From the NCBI GenBank assembly GCA_963804975.1, contig CAWDSG010000001.1, positions 118 through 64,117 on the forward strand: a stretch of DNA of 64,000 bases. Reading direction: 5' to 3'. Every line of letters starts with the position of its first letter. Position 1 is the stretch's first letter. The notes under the pieces were generated by a model, which saw only the letters and a list, made by a program, of their open reading frames with translations, ran no database searches and was not told the origin of the DNA. A program made the position numbers and the translations under genes. This DNA is from an uncultured bacterium (GTDB lineage Bacteria > Patescibacteriota > Minisyncoccia > Phycocordibacterales > GWA1-40-21). This document shows, in pieces, positions 39,030 through 47,860 of the stretch.

Positions 39030-39575
39030 ATGGAGGAAACATCACAAAAACAAATTGAAGCCAACAAACTCAACGCAGAAAAAAGCACTGGTCCAAAAAC
39101 TGAAGAAGGTAAGACTGTCAGTAAATACAACGCGATGAAACACGGATTATTGAGTGAGGAAGTTTTATTGGAGGGAGAAGACGAAGAAAAACTAGAGAAA
39201 ATCGGTAAAAATCTACGAGCCGAGCTAGAACCACACACAGAAATTGAATTGATATTGGTGGATAGGATAACCGCGAATGTCTGGCGATTAAAACGTGTTA
39301 TGCAAATGGAACGAGATATGATGGATAATAGCCAAAAAGATATGTTTAGTGGTAAGTTGCAAAAACTTGGACATACATTAACGCACTACGACATTGCTCA
39401 TAACGACATATACGGCAAACTTATTCGTTATGAGGGAAGCATTGAACGAGGTATATACAAAGCATTACACGAGCTTGAGCGTATTCAAGCAAAAAGAAAT
39501 GGTGAAAAGGTGCCACCCCCGATTGCATTAGATATTGATGTATCTGGTGAAAAAGAAAATGGGTTCGTTTCGTAA
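39030..39575 (+). CDS. Hypothetical protein (STGPKTEEGK...NAMKHG family)
   Basis: N-terminal SQKQIEANKLNAEKSTGPKTEEGK motif typical of mobile elements. Confidence 0.75.
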   Translation: MEETSQKQIEANKLNAEKSTGPKTEEGKTVSKYNAMKHGLLSEEVLLEGEDEEKLEKIGKNLRAELEPHTEIELILVDRITANVWRLKRVMQMERDMMDNSQKDMFSGKLQKLGHTLTHYDIAHNDIYGKLIRYEGSIERGIYKALHELERIQAKRNGEKVPPPIALDIDVSGEKENGFVS

Positions 39576-39700
39576 AACAATCCAATAAATCGTAAATTAT
39601 CAAAAATTAAAATTAACCATAATCAAAGCTGTTATCTAACTGTTTATCAGTATAATCAAACCTAGTTTCTCAAATGATTTCGGCTGGTTTATAAAAATAT

Positions 39701-40303
39701 ATGACTAAATCAATCGCAGAACAATCTAACGGCTTAAGTATCTTCTGGTTGAAGAAACACGGCTACCTAAACAAAGGGTCTAGCTATCAGTCTGGCGGTA
39801 TTACTTGGACCTATGGATATAGTGAAAATAAAAGCAGTATAAATTTCTCTATAATTAGAAACGACTTGGACACTCCAGAAGAAAGAGCTTATATAAATTT
39901 GAGATACACAAACACAAACAGATATTCTGGTGAAAAGGATGATATGGATTATAAAATTGAACTCACCACTACTCCCTGCCGATATGGAGGCAAGCGATAC
40001 TGGTTTATCTGTCCGTTGAGTAAAAATGGAAAGTATTGCGGGCGAAGAGTAGGAGTAATTTTCGGCATAGGCAAATGGTTCGGTTGCCGACACTGTGGAA
40101 ATATCGCCTATTCTAAACAAATGGAAGGTGGAAAATATAGGTGGAATGGAGTATCAATTCCAGACATAGAGAGAGCGGAGAAGGAAGTGAAACGATACTA
40201 TTACAAAGGAAAACCGACAAGAAAATACAGGCGAGTTTTGAGACTAAATGATAAATTTGAGGAAGGACTTATAGGAATGATGGGCAAACTAGGCAAAATA
40301 TAA
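39701..40303 (+). CDS. Zn-finger hypothetical protein of integrative elements
   Basis: TTPCRYGGKRYWFICP...CGRRV...GCRHC. Confidence 0.75.
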   Translation: MTKSIAEQSNGLSIFWLKKHGYLNKGSSYQSGGITWTYGYSENKSSINFSIIRNDLDTPEERAYINLRYTNTNRYSGEKDDMDYKIELTTTPCRYGGKRYWFICPLSKNGKYCGRRVGVIFGIGKWFGCRHCGNIAYSKQMEGGKYRWNGVSIPDIERAEKEVKRYYYKGKPTRKYRRVLRLNDKFEEGLIGMMGKLGKI

Positions 40304-40342
40304 AACTATGACTTTAATAATAAATAATGTTATAATGTCTGT

Positions 40343-40490
40343 GTTGTTCCAGTTAGTAATGTATGCAGAAAACACGGGGTATTTTTATGGACAAAACGGA
40401 ACCCGAGAGGGGCGGTTTGCTAACTGTTTTGTCAATCCTCGTGATTGCATCATAGCTGGAACAACCAGACCGTCCCTTTCGGGTTTTTAT
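40343..40490 (+). promoter_or_regulatory. Structured leader upstream of the recombinase with two interleaved long helices
   Basis: 40343-40399 pairs with 40424-40465; 40400-40419 pairs with 40466-40485; T-run follows; TG-T-TATAAT just upstream. Confidence 0.65.
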
Positions 40491-40501
40491 ATATAAAAAA
40501 T

Positions 40502-42118
40502 ATGAAAGAAGAAAATAAAAAAATAATATACTTTCTCTACGCAAGAAAATCATCAGAGAGCGAGGACAGACAGGTCCAGTCTATTGAGGACCAAATCAAT
40601 CGCCTAAAAATACTAGCGAATGACCTTGGCATTTCAATTAAAGAAATACTTACGGAGTCAAAATCAGCAAAGAAACCGAATAATCGTCCTGTGTTTACAA
40701 GTATGCTTGAAAGAATTGAGAAAGGAGAAGCTCAAGGTATTCTCTGTTGGCAAATAAATCGTCTATCACGAAATCCCGTAGATAGCGGAACTCTTGGCTG
40801 GATGCTCCAACAAGGTGCTCTGAAATCAATCCAAACAATAGACCGACAATATCTGCCAGATGATAATGTTCTTCTTTTCAGTGTTGAAAGCGGAATGGCA
40901 AATCAATTCATAATAGACCTAAAGAAAAATAGTATGCGTGGAATGGTTGGTAAAGCGGACCGAGGATGGCTTCCTTCTCGGGCTCCGATAGGATACTTGA
41001 ACGATAAACTTGAACACACGATTATTGAGGATGCACAAAGATTTCATCTGGTCCGAAAAATGTGGGATATGATGCTCACTGGAAACTATACTCCTCCACA
41101 GATAAGAGAAATTGCGAATAATAAATGGGGATTTTTAACTGCAAAGACAAAAAGAGATGGCGGTGTTGAACTGGTGAACAGTGTAATTTATAAAATGTTC
41201 ACAAATATATTCTACACTGGGATGTTTTCGTGGGCTGGAAAAGTTTATCAAGGAAATCACAAGCCGATGATTACTTTGGAAGAATACGACAGAGTGCAAG
41301 TAATTCTTGGAAGAAAAGGCAAGCCGAGAGGACAAACACACGAATTTGCTTACACTGGAGTTATAACCTGCGGTCTTTGTGGTGGAATGATTACAGCAAC
41401 AGAAAAAATGAAAATAGTGAAAACCACTGGGAAGTTAAAAAATTACATTTACTATCACTGCGGACATAAGAAAAAAGATATTGAGTGCAACCAAGAAAGA
41501 ATAACTTTGAAAGAACTTGAAGAACAAATTGATATTGAACTTGAACGAAATACCATCCTACCAAAATTCCAACAATGGGCTCTTGAAATTCTTAATAAAC
41601 ATAATGATAAAGAAATTGAAGAAAGGACCAAGGTATATGAAAACTTACACAAAGCACTTTCTGAAACACAAAAAGAACTTGATACTCTCACAAAGATGAG
41701 ATACCGAGAACTTATTGATGATGAGACATTTATAAAAGATGGAGACGAACTGAAAGCAAAGATTTTGAGAACTAAAACAAATCTACGAGAAACAGAGAGC
41801 AGAGCAGAGAAATGGCTTGAGCTTACAGAAAAAACTTTCACTTTCGCTTGTTATGCACGCAAGGAGTTTATTCTTGGTGGCTTGGATAAGAAAAGAGAGA
41901 TACTCTCGGCACTTGGGCAGAACTTTTCTTTGAAAGACAAAAAAATCGTTATAACACCTAACGAATGGTTCGTTCCAATAGAAAAGGCATATCCTGCGTT
42001 AGAAGCCGAATATAAACGGGTAGAACTGGATAAAAACCTAACAGATACAATGCGAAATGAGCTTTTTGCACAACTTATTCTCTCTTGGGGTGACTATCGG
42101 GAGTTGAACCCGAACTAA
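40502..42118 (+). CDS. Large serine recombinase (integrase) whose 3' end runs antisense into tRNA-His
   Basis: YARKSSE..RQ..SI..Q, RLSRN, recombinase domain, CGLCG Zn ribbon, coiled coil. Confidence 0.95.
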   Translation: MKEENKKIIYFLYARKSSESEDRQVQSIEDQINRLKILANDLGISIKEILTESKSAKKPNNRPVFTSMLERIEKGEAQGILCWQINRLSRNPVDSGTLGWMLQQGALKSIQTIDRQYLPDDNVLLFSVESGMANQFIIDLKKNSMRGMVGKADRGWLPSRAPIGYLNDKLEHTIIEDAQRFHLVRKMWDMMLTGNYTPPQIREIANNKWGFLTAKTKRDGGVELVNSVIYKMFTNIFYTGMFSWAGKVYQGNHKPMITLEEYDRVQVILGRKGKPRGQTHEFAYTGVITCGLCGGMITATEKMKIVKTTGKLKNYIYYHCGHKKKDIECNQERITLKELEEQIDIELERNTILPKFQQWALEILNKHNDKEIEERTKVYENLHKALSETQKELDTLTKMRYRELIDDETFIKDGDELKAKILRTKTNLRETESRAEKWLELTEKTFTFACYARKEFILGGLDKKREILSALGQNFSLKDKKIVITPNEWFVPIEKAYPALEAEYKRVELDKNLTDTMRNELFAQLILSWGDYRELNPN

Positions 42119-42160
42119 AAGCTCCACAGGCTTCTGTGCTACCGCTACACCATAGTCACC
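42086..42160 (-). tRNA. tRNA-His (GTG) with G-1 and encoded CCA
   Basis: GGTGACTA...GAAGC-CT GTG GA-GCTTT...TCGGG-TTCAACT-CCCGA-TAGTCAC-C-CCA. Confidence 0.95.
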
Positions 42161-42219
42161 ATTAATCCTTGCAGGACTTAGGTATTTATAACAGATTTTT
42201 ACAATAAAATCTAGGTTTT

Positions 42220-42765
42220 TTAATATTTTGGAGCTTCTTCTGCACCGGATTCTTTAGCGGAAAATCTTGCAAGAGCATACAACAAGCTTGATAAGCGATT
42301 CAAATAAACTAATGTTTCAGAATCAATTTTAGCAATATTTTCATCACTGACTGCCACAACTCTCCTTTCCGCTCTTCGCGCAATTGTCCTTGCAAAATCA
42401 AAATGCGCTGAAATTTCATTCGCTCCGGGAATCAGGAAACTTTTTATCGGCAGCAATTCTTTTTCTATTTCCGCAATGATTTTTTCCAATTGTTCGGTTT
42501 CCCCTTCGGCGATTTTTTTATCCGCTCCGGCAACCTGCGCCTGAATAATAAAAAGATTGTTCTGGATTTTATTTATAATTTCAAGAATTTCTGCATTTAA
42601 TATTTTATGCTTAAAATCCTTAACTACTGCTTTACAAATACCTAAAAAGGAATTGGTTTCGTCAAGCGAGCCGAGCGCTTCGGTGATTGCCGAACTTTTT
42701 GAAATTTTCTGGTCGCATCCGAATGTTCCGGTTTTTCCTTTATCGCCTTTTCTCGTATATAACAT
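42220..42765 (-). CDS. PduO-type ATP:cob(I)alamin adenosyltransferase
   Basis: YTRKGDKG.T, GSLDETNS, ARTIARRAERR, YLNRLSS. Confidence 0.92.
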   Translation of the reverse strand: MLYTRKGDKGKTGTFGCDQKISKSSAITEALGSLDETNSFLGICKAVVKDFKHKILNAEILEIINKIQNNLFIIQAQVAGADKKIAEGETEQLEKIIAEIEKELLPIKSFLIPGANEISAHFDFARTIARRAERRVVAVSDENIAKIDSETLVYLNRLSSLLYALARFSAKESGAEEAPKY

Positions 42766-42859
42766 AAAAACAAGTATATAATATTTGCAATGAAGTAAAA
42801 AGAGCGGCAAGCCCGAAGGGCTTGTCGCTCTTTTTAAAATTTAGCTTTTTCGAATTTTT

Positions 42860-43117
42860 TTAAATTTTTTCAATGATTGAACCGACTTTCGCCTTATTTG
42901 AAATTTTTATCGCAACTTCCTGGCCTTTTTTGGCTGATTCCAGATCCTTATGGTCCAATTGCATTGAAATTACGGTATCCTCAACCTCGCTATCGCCATG
43001 CTTGACTTTAATCTTGTCTCCGACAGAAAGACCTTTGGAAAGTTTTACCACTGCAACGCCGATATGATCGTACCAGTGCGTTACTTCACCTGCAGCATTA
43101 TTTTTTTCTTTAGCCAT
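42860..43117 (-). CDS. Small beta-barrel protein (EF-Tu domain II / U32 C-terminal-like)
   Basis: GEVTHWYDHIGVAVV, LSVGDKI, SMQ, AKKGQEVAIK. Confidence 0.75.
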   Translation of the reverse strand: MAKEKNNAAGEVTHWYDHIGVAVVKLSKGLSVGDKIKVKHGDSEVEDTVISMQLDHKDLESAKKGQEVAIKISNKAKVGSIIEKI

Positions 43118-43181
43118 AAAATTTCTTGATTAACTTTACCATTAAATCGACCTTTATAATATATAATATATTTGACTTTTG

Positions 43182-43265
43182 TGCACGAGGCGGGATTTGA
43201 ACCCGCATACCCTTGCGGGCGCTACCACCTCAAGGTAGTGCGTCTACCAATTTCGCCACCCGTGC
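43182..43265 (-). tRNA. tRNA-Leu (GAG)
   Basis: Anticodon arm CTACC-TT GAG GT-GGTAG, long variable arm CCC-GCAA-GGG, T loop TTCAAAT. Confidence 0.95.
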
Positions 43266-43349
43266 GTTAGAAACCCATAATATAATTTATTTGGGCTTTT
43301 TTCAAGTAAAAATCGCTCTGGCGAGAGCGATTTTATCGTGATTTTTAAA

Positions 43350-43787
43350 CTATTTATCGAGCGAATTTTTATCAGTTTTTTTCTCCGTTTCCACTCTTTT
43401 TGTATCCGTATTGCTTCCTTTTCTCGCTTCCAGAAGCTCGCTTTTCAAATGCCTTCTCAATTCTTTGGTGGCTTTTTCCCTGACATAATAAAGCTTTGAT
43501 CTTCTGACCTGGGCCCTCTTCAGAATCTCTATTGAATCGATTGCCGGTGAATAAAGCGGAAAAATCCTTTCAACTCCTATTTCATCAACAACCTTTCTCA
43601 CGGTAAAAGTTCCGCCCGCTTCTCTGCCGTGTTTTACCGCAAGGACCATTCCTTCAAATGCCTGTAACCTCGTCTTGTCGCCTTCTTTGATTTTCTGCCA
43701 TACGCGGACAGTGTCGCCGGATTGCATTCCTGTGTTCTTTCTTTCTTCCATATTCACCGGTGAAATTTTTATATTTTTCAATTCCAT
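43350..43787 (-). CDS. rplS: 50S ribosomal protein bL19
   Basis: [32 protein letters not shown]. Confidence 0.97.
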   Translation of the reverse strand: MELKNIKISPVNMEERKNTGMQSGDTVRVWQKIKEGDKTRLQAFEGMVLAVKHGREAGGTFTVRKVVDEIGVERIFPLYSPAIDSIEILKRAQVRRSKLYYVREKATKELRRHLKSELLEARKGSNTDTKRVETEKKTDKNSLDK

Positions 43788-43827
43788 AGCCCTAATAACT
43801 TAACATATTAAATTGCCGTTAGCAATA

Positions 43828-44559
43828 TCATTTTTTTTGAATTTTCTTGATTGCTTCTTCAAAATCTTTCGGATAAGGAGCGATTATGTCCAGTAATTTT
43901 CCTGACGGCAAAGTTATTTCCAATTCCCGCGCATGAAGCGCCAATCTCTTGAATCCCAGCTGGTTTCTCTGCTTCAAATAAAAATTTGTGGCATAAAGCT
44001 CGTCTTTCACCACCGGATGATCTATTGCCTTGAAATGAACTCTGATTTGGTGGGTTCTTCCTGTTTTAGGAATCGCTTCCAAAAAAGTCATATTATTTTT
44101 TCTTTTTAAAACTTTGAAATATGTCACCGCTTCGCGCATCTCGCCCCTCGCTCCTCTTTGCGCCGACCATCTGCGGACATCGTTCGGGCTTCTGCCGATT
44201 TTCCTGTCTATCATTCCCCTGTTTTCTTTTATATTTCCATAAACAAAAATATTGTAAACTTTATGGACTTTCCGACTTTGGAATTGATTTTTCAAAAACT
44301 CGTATGACTTTTTGTTTTTGGCGATTATAAGCACACCGGAAGTTTCTTTATCGATTCTATGCACTATTCCCGGCCTCAATATTTTTGTCCTGTCGTCCAA
44401 AACCATCGGCTCGCCGACATTTTTTATCCGCGGATATTTTTGCAAAATCCAATCAACCAGAGTTTTTTCTTTGCTCTTTCCGTCATTATGAACATTCAAA
44501 CCGGCCGGCTTGTTTATCACAATGACGTCTTTGTCTTCATAAAGAATTGGAATTTTCAT
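43828..44559 (-). CDS. RluA-family pseudouridine synthase
   Basis: NKPAGL, HRIDKETSG, TGRTHQIRVH, LHA. Confidence 0.95.
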   Translation of the reverse strand: MKIPILYEDKDVIVINKPAGLNVHNDGKSKEKTLVDWILQKYPRIKNVGEPMVLDDRTKILRPGIVHRIDKETSGVLIIAKNKKSYEFLKNQFQSRKVHKVYNIFVYGNIKENRGMIDRKIGRSPNDVRRWSAQRGARGEMREAVTYFKVLKRKNNMTFLEAIPKTGRTHQIRVHFKAIDHPVVKDELYATNFYLKQRNQLGFKRLALHARELEITLPSGKLLDIIAPYPKDFEEAIKKIQKK

Positions 44560-44563
44560 AATG

Positions 44564-44637
44564 TGGGCGCTAAGGGATTCGAACCCCTGGCCTTCTCAGT
44601 GTAAATGAGACGCTCTAACCAACTGAGCTAAGCGCCC
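44564..44637 (-). tRNA. tRNA-Val (TAC)
   Basis: Anticodon arm TCTCA-TT TAC AC-TGAGA; canonical D and T arms. Confidence 0.95.
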
Positions 44638-44667
44638 GATATTTAAATTATCAAAAAATTTCGCATG

Positions 44668-44739
44668 TGCCTCCGGCAGGAATCGAACCTACATCAAAGC
44701 CTTAGAAGAGCTTTGTTCTGTCCATTGAACTACGGAGGC
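44668..44739 (-). tRNA. tRNA-Arg (TCT)
   Basis: Anticodon arm AAGCT-CT TCT AA-GGCTT; acceptor GCCTCCG/CGGAGGC. Confidence 0.93.
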
Positions 44740-44770
44740 ATCTCTTGAAAGCTAAAGCACTATAACAGGT

Positions 44771-45088
44771 TTACAAAGACGGGTCAATCAATTTCTGCAT
44801 TTTCAACTCCGCAGTATTTGCTTTTCTTGATTCAAAATCATTCACGACATTCTGAAGCGCAGCACCGCCAATCGTCTCAAGCTCTAGTTCGCTTTTCGGC
44901 ACGCTTACATACATATCCCCGCTTGCGATATTTTTATAGAGAGATGCGTCATACAAAGCCGCGCTGATAAGCATGACGAAAAATAATGCGAGTAATATCA
45001 TCCAATCTCTTTTTGGATTGACAATTTTATCCGATGCGAAAAATCGCTCCAGAAAATCATTTATAAAAGATAAATTCGTTTTTTTCAT
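44771..45088 (-). CDS. Membrane protein at the end of the pilM operon
   Basis: Single TM helix; C-terminal IDPSL; operon position. Confidence 0.7.
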   Translation of the reverse strand: MKKTNLSFINDFLERFFASDKIVNPKRDWMILLALFFVMLISAALYDASLYKNIASGDMYVSVPKSELELETIGGAALQNVVNDFESRKANTAELKMQKLIDPSL

Positions 45089-45096
45089 TTTTTATA

Positions 45097-45657
45097 TTAA
45101 ATATCTTTAAACTTCACGACCGTAAAATCAATGTCAGCGGACCATTGCGGCACATCTTTGCCTTTGACGACATAATCGGTGAATTTTTTCAAAGATACGC
45201 TCCTGATATCGATCTTGAGAGGATAATTTTCAAGCAGTTGCAGGAAAAAATGAATATTGCTCCATGGGCCAAGAGCTGTGATTTTAACATCCAAAAGTTC
45301 GGCGTTAAAAGCCGACAAATTGTTTGATGATTCATAACTGATCGAGCCGACCTGCGATTTCAAACCGCTTGATGCGACTATGCTTTCCATAATTTTTATA
45401 AAATCTGCGACACTGTTACTTTTAACAATATATCCGGAGATCTTATCTTCATTCACTTGATTATCTTCAATGCTTTTTTGCGTCAGCGACAGTGATTCTT
45501 TCTTTTCGATTGCTGTTTTTATTTCATTCTGCTTCTGCATAGTTTCGGAAATCCTGTTTTTCATGAAAAAGAACATGCTGAAATAAACGCTCAGAGAAAA
45601 TAATGCCAGAATAAGCGTAAATGTGGCGAGTGCTTTTGTTTTTTTCTCGGGCATCAT
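45097..45657 (-). CDS. PilO-like type IV pilus assembly protein
   Basis: N-terminal TM helix, coiled coil, G.W..I..FL.LLENYP. Confidence 0.65.
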   Translation of the reverse strand: MMPEKKTKALATFTLILALFSLSVYFSMFFFMKNRISETMQKQNEIKTAIEKKESLSLTQKSIEDNQVNEDKISGYIVKSNSVADFIKIMESIVASSGLKSQVGSISYESSNNLSAFNAELLDVKITALGPWSNIHFFLQLLENYPLKIDIRSVSLKKFTDYVVKGKDVPQWSADIDFTVVKFKDI

Positions 45658-45661
45658 ATTT

Positions 45662-46207
45662 TTAATTTATCTTATACGAAAGCGTTATGGTAAACGAAGC
45701 TCCGGTACTCTGTATCAGGCTTGAGACAGGCAAAATTACATTTTGGAACGAACCCTCGCCTTTCAAATTGTTATAAAAAACCGTCAGGTCATCGCGATTT
45801 CCTGAAGTGCCGTTTATGACAATATTTTTAACGTTCGCGCCGGCATTAGACGATATCGAGATAGCCGATATGGTGATGTTAGAATTTTTCAATGAAATGA
45901 TTTTATCGATAAGATCTGTAGTAAGAGCGCTTTCTGATTTGCCATAGGAAAGGGCATTCGCCATTCCGTTTATTTTTTTGACGATCGATGATGAATTTTC
46001 GTATTTGTCCGCATTGGTAAGATTCACAGACTGCGCCTGATCACCGATCGTCTTGTATTTATATTCCGCAAAGAAAAAAGACGGTAAAAAAAACGCAATT
46101 AACACGAAAGATGACGCAAATACGAATAAAAGCAGAAAAATTGATGTTCTGAGCATATACTCGGTGACAATTTGTTTCCTGTTTTTTTGTAAAAGGAAAT
46201 GCAGCAT
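45662..46207 (-). CDS. PilN-like type IV pilus assembly protein
   Basis: TM helix; INGTSGNRDDL..F...L....F.NV; follows pilM. Confidence 0.65.
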   Translation of the reverse strand: MLHFLLQKNRKQIVTEYMLRTSIFLLLFVFASSFVLIAFFLPSFFFAEYKYKTIGDQAQSVNLTNADKYENSSSIVKKINGMANALSYGKSESALTTDLIDKIISLKNSNITISAISISSNAGANVKNIVINGTSGNRDDLTVFYNNLKGEGSFQNVILPVSSLIQSTGASFTITLSYKIN

Positions 46208-46211
46208 AATA

Positions 46212-47201
46212 TTACGAATTCGCAAGGCCGATAGCGGCAGCAAAATCCAAAGAATTTTCAAATGAAACACGCGGCAAGCGATTATTAATATCAAAAATGT
46301 TGCTCCAAACATTTGCAAGCGTAACTTTTGTGTTTGTATTTTTACTGACATTGCCTGCAAAATCAGGTAAAGCGGCGCTACTCCCGCAAAGAATGATCCC
46401 ATCGATCATGCTGGGTAAAAGAATTCCTTTTCCTTCGGATTTGGACAATAAATATTCGCCGAATTTTTTTATTTCTTCATTTATTGAAGAAAAAATATCT
46501 GTTTTTGACGCATTTTCTTTTACGGCGGAATCGCCAACGGAAACCGTAGATGTAAATCGCACGATTCCGGATACCACAAGAAATAGCCGCGCCGAATTCT
46601 CTTTTATATCAATGATCAAAAAAGTTCCATTTTCCTTCTCCGGCACGACAGATTTCGCCACCATCCGAGATTCCATTTCAAAACTTATTGGAGACAGGCC
46701 GGCAAGAATACATACCTCGGAAAAACTCTCAATGATTTTTTTCGGAATTACGGAAATACTGGCTGTCATATTGCGGATACCGCTTTTTTCGTCTTTTTCT
46801 ATCGTATCATACTCAAAATAAACTTCGTTAACTTTAAATGGAACATTTTCTTCAAGTTTGAATTCTATGGATTCCCTTATATTTGATCCCTTTACAAGAG
46901 GAATCTGCGTATCAAAAATATATGTCTTTTCGTCAGGTATGGAAATTTTCACGAAATCGGACGAAATTTTCTTTTTGACTTCGGATAGGGCTTTTACCAG
47001 GGTATTTTTATCGATAATTTCGCCGTTTTTGACGATATTTGGTAGAAGTGAAACTTCGCCAAAATTTTTTATTGAAAGATTCCCTTTTGAATCTGAAAAT
47101 TCAATGTATCGGACAGATCGATTGTTTATATCGATGCCGGCTGCCTTCATTGAAAGATATCGCGGAGGATAAAAAAGCTTTTTGAAAAAGTTTATCTTCA
47201 T
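46212..47201 (-). CDS. pilM: PilM-like actin-fold pilus assembly protein
   Basis: GIDI....VRYIE, IIDIK, IILCGSSA, AAAIGLA. Confidence 0.82.
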   Translation of the reverse strand: MKINFFKKLFYPPRYLSMKAAGIDINNRSVRYIEFSDSKGNLSIKNFGEVSLLPNIVKNGEIIDKNTLVKALSEVKKKISSDFVKISIPDEKTYIFDTQIPLVKGSNIRESIEFKLEENVPFKVNEVYFEYDTIEKDEKSGIRNMTASISVIPKKIIESFSEVCILAGLSPISFEMESRMVAKSVVPEKENGTFLIIDIKENSARLFLVVSGIVRFTSTVSVGDSAVKENASKTDIFSSINEEIKKFGEYLLSKSEGKGILLPSMIDGIILCGSSAALPDFAGNVSKNTNTKVTLANVWSNIFDINNRLPRVSFENSLDFAAAIGLANS

Positions 47202-47239
47202 ATGAACTATGAATAATTATAGCAGGAAATCACTTTATT

Positions 47240-47848
47240 TTAAACTTTCTTTTTCGCCTTTATGATCTCAAAAATCACCGGCAAAAAGGAAATGAAAATT
47301 ATAATAAGAACGACTGGCAACAGGTATGCGTCAAAATTCGGAATAATCCGCCCGAGGAAAAAACCTGCCAAGACCACGATGAAAGACCAGACGAATCCGC
47401 CGGTTATGTTATACATGAGAAATTCCTTGTATTTCATATTGCCAACACCCGCAAGTATGGGAGCGAATGTCCTGACAACCGGCACGAATCTCGCCAGAAA
47501 AATCGTCTTGTTGCCGTATTTGTTATAAAAATCTTCCGTGGTTTTAACATGTTTTTTGCTGAAAAAAAACGAATCTTCCTTGCTGAAAATCTTGACGCCG
47601 ATTTTCCTGCCAAACCAGTATCCGACACTGTCGCCGAGAATTGCGCATAGAAAAACTCCCCAAAGCACAAGCTGGATATTTAAAATATCCTGCGAAGCCA
47701 GAAAACCTGCCGTGAAAAGAAGCGAATCGCCGGGAAAGAAAAAGCCGAAAAATAAGCCCGACTCGGCAAAAACAATAAAAAATAATCCGGCGATGCCGAG
47801 AGTTTTTATAATTGTTATCGGTTCAAGGAAACTTAAGATGTTATGCAT
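47240..47848 (-). CDS. DedA/VTT family membrane protein
   Basis: FAESGL..FFPGDSLL, LGDSVGY, ARFVPVVRT. Confidence 0.95.
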   Translation of the reverse strand: MHNILSFLEPITIIKTLGIAGLFFIVFAESGLFFGFFFPGDSLLFTAGFLASQDILNIQLVLWGVFLCAILGDSVGYWFGRKIGVKIFSKEDSFFFSKKHVKTTEDFYNKYGNKTIFLARFVPVVRTFAPILAGVGNMKYKEFLMYNITGGFVWSFIVVLAGFFLGRIIPNFDAYLLPVVLIIIFISFLPVIFEIIKAKKKV

Positions 47849-47860
47849 TTGTTTTTGATT

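Larger units (their letters stand above)
28465..42092. mobile_element. ~13.6-kb integrative, capsid-less (satellite/IME-like) element in tRNA-His
   Basis: Direct repeat TCTTGGGGTG at 28465-28474 and 42083-42092 (tRNA 3' end); serine recombinase, excisionase-like HTH, primase-helicase and R-M cargo. Confidence 0.85.
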
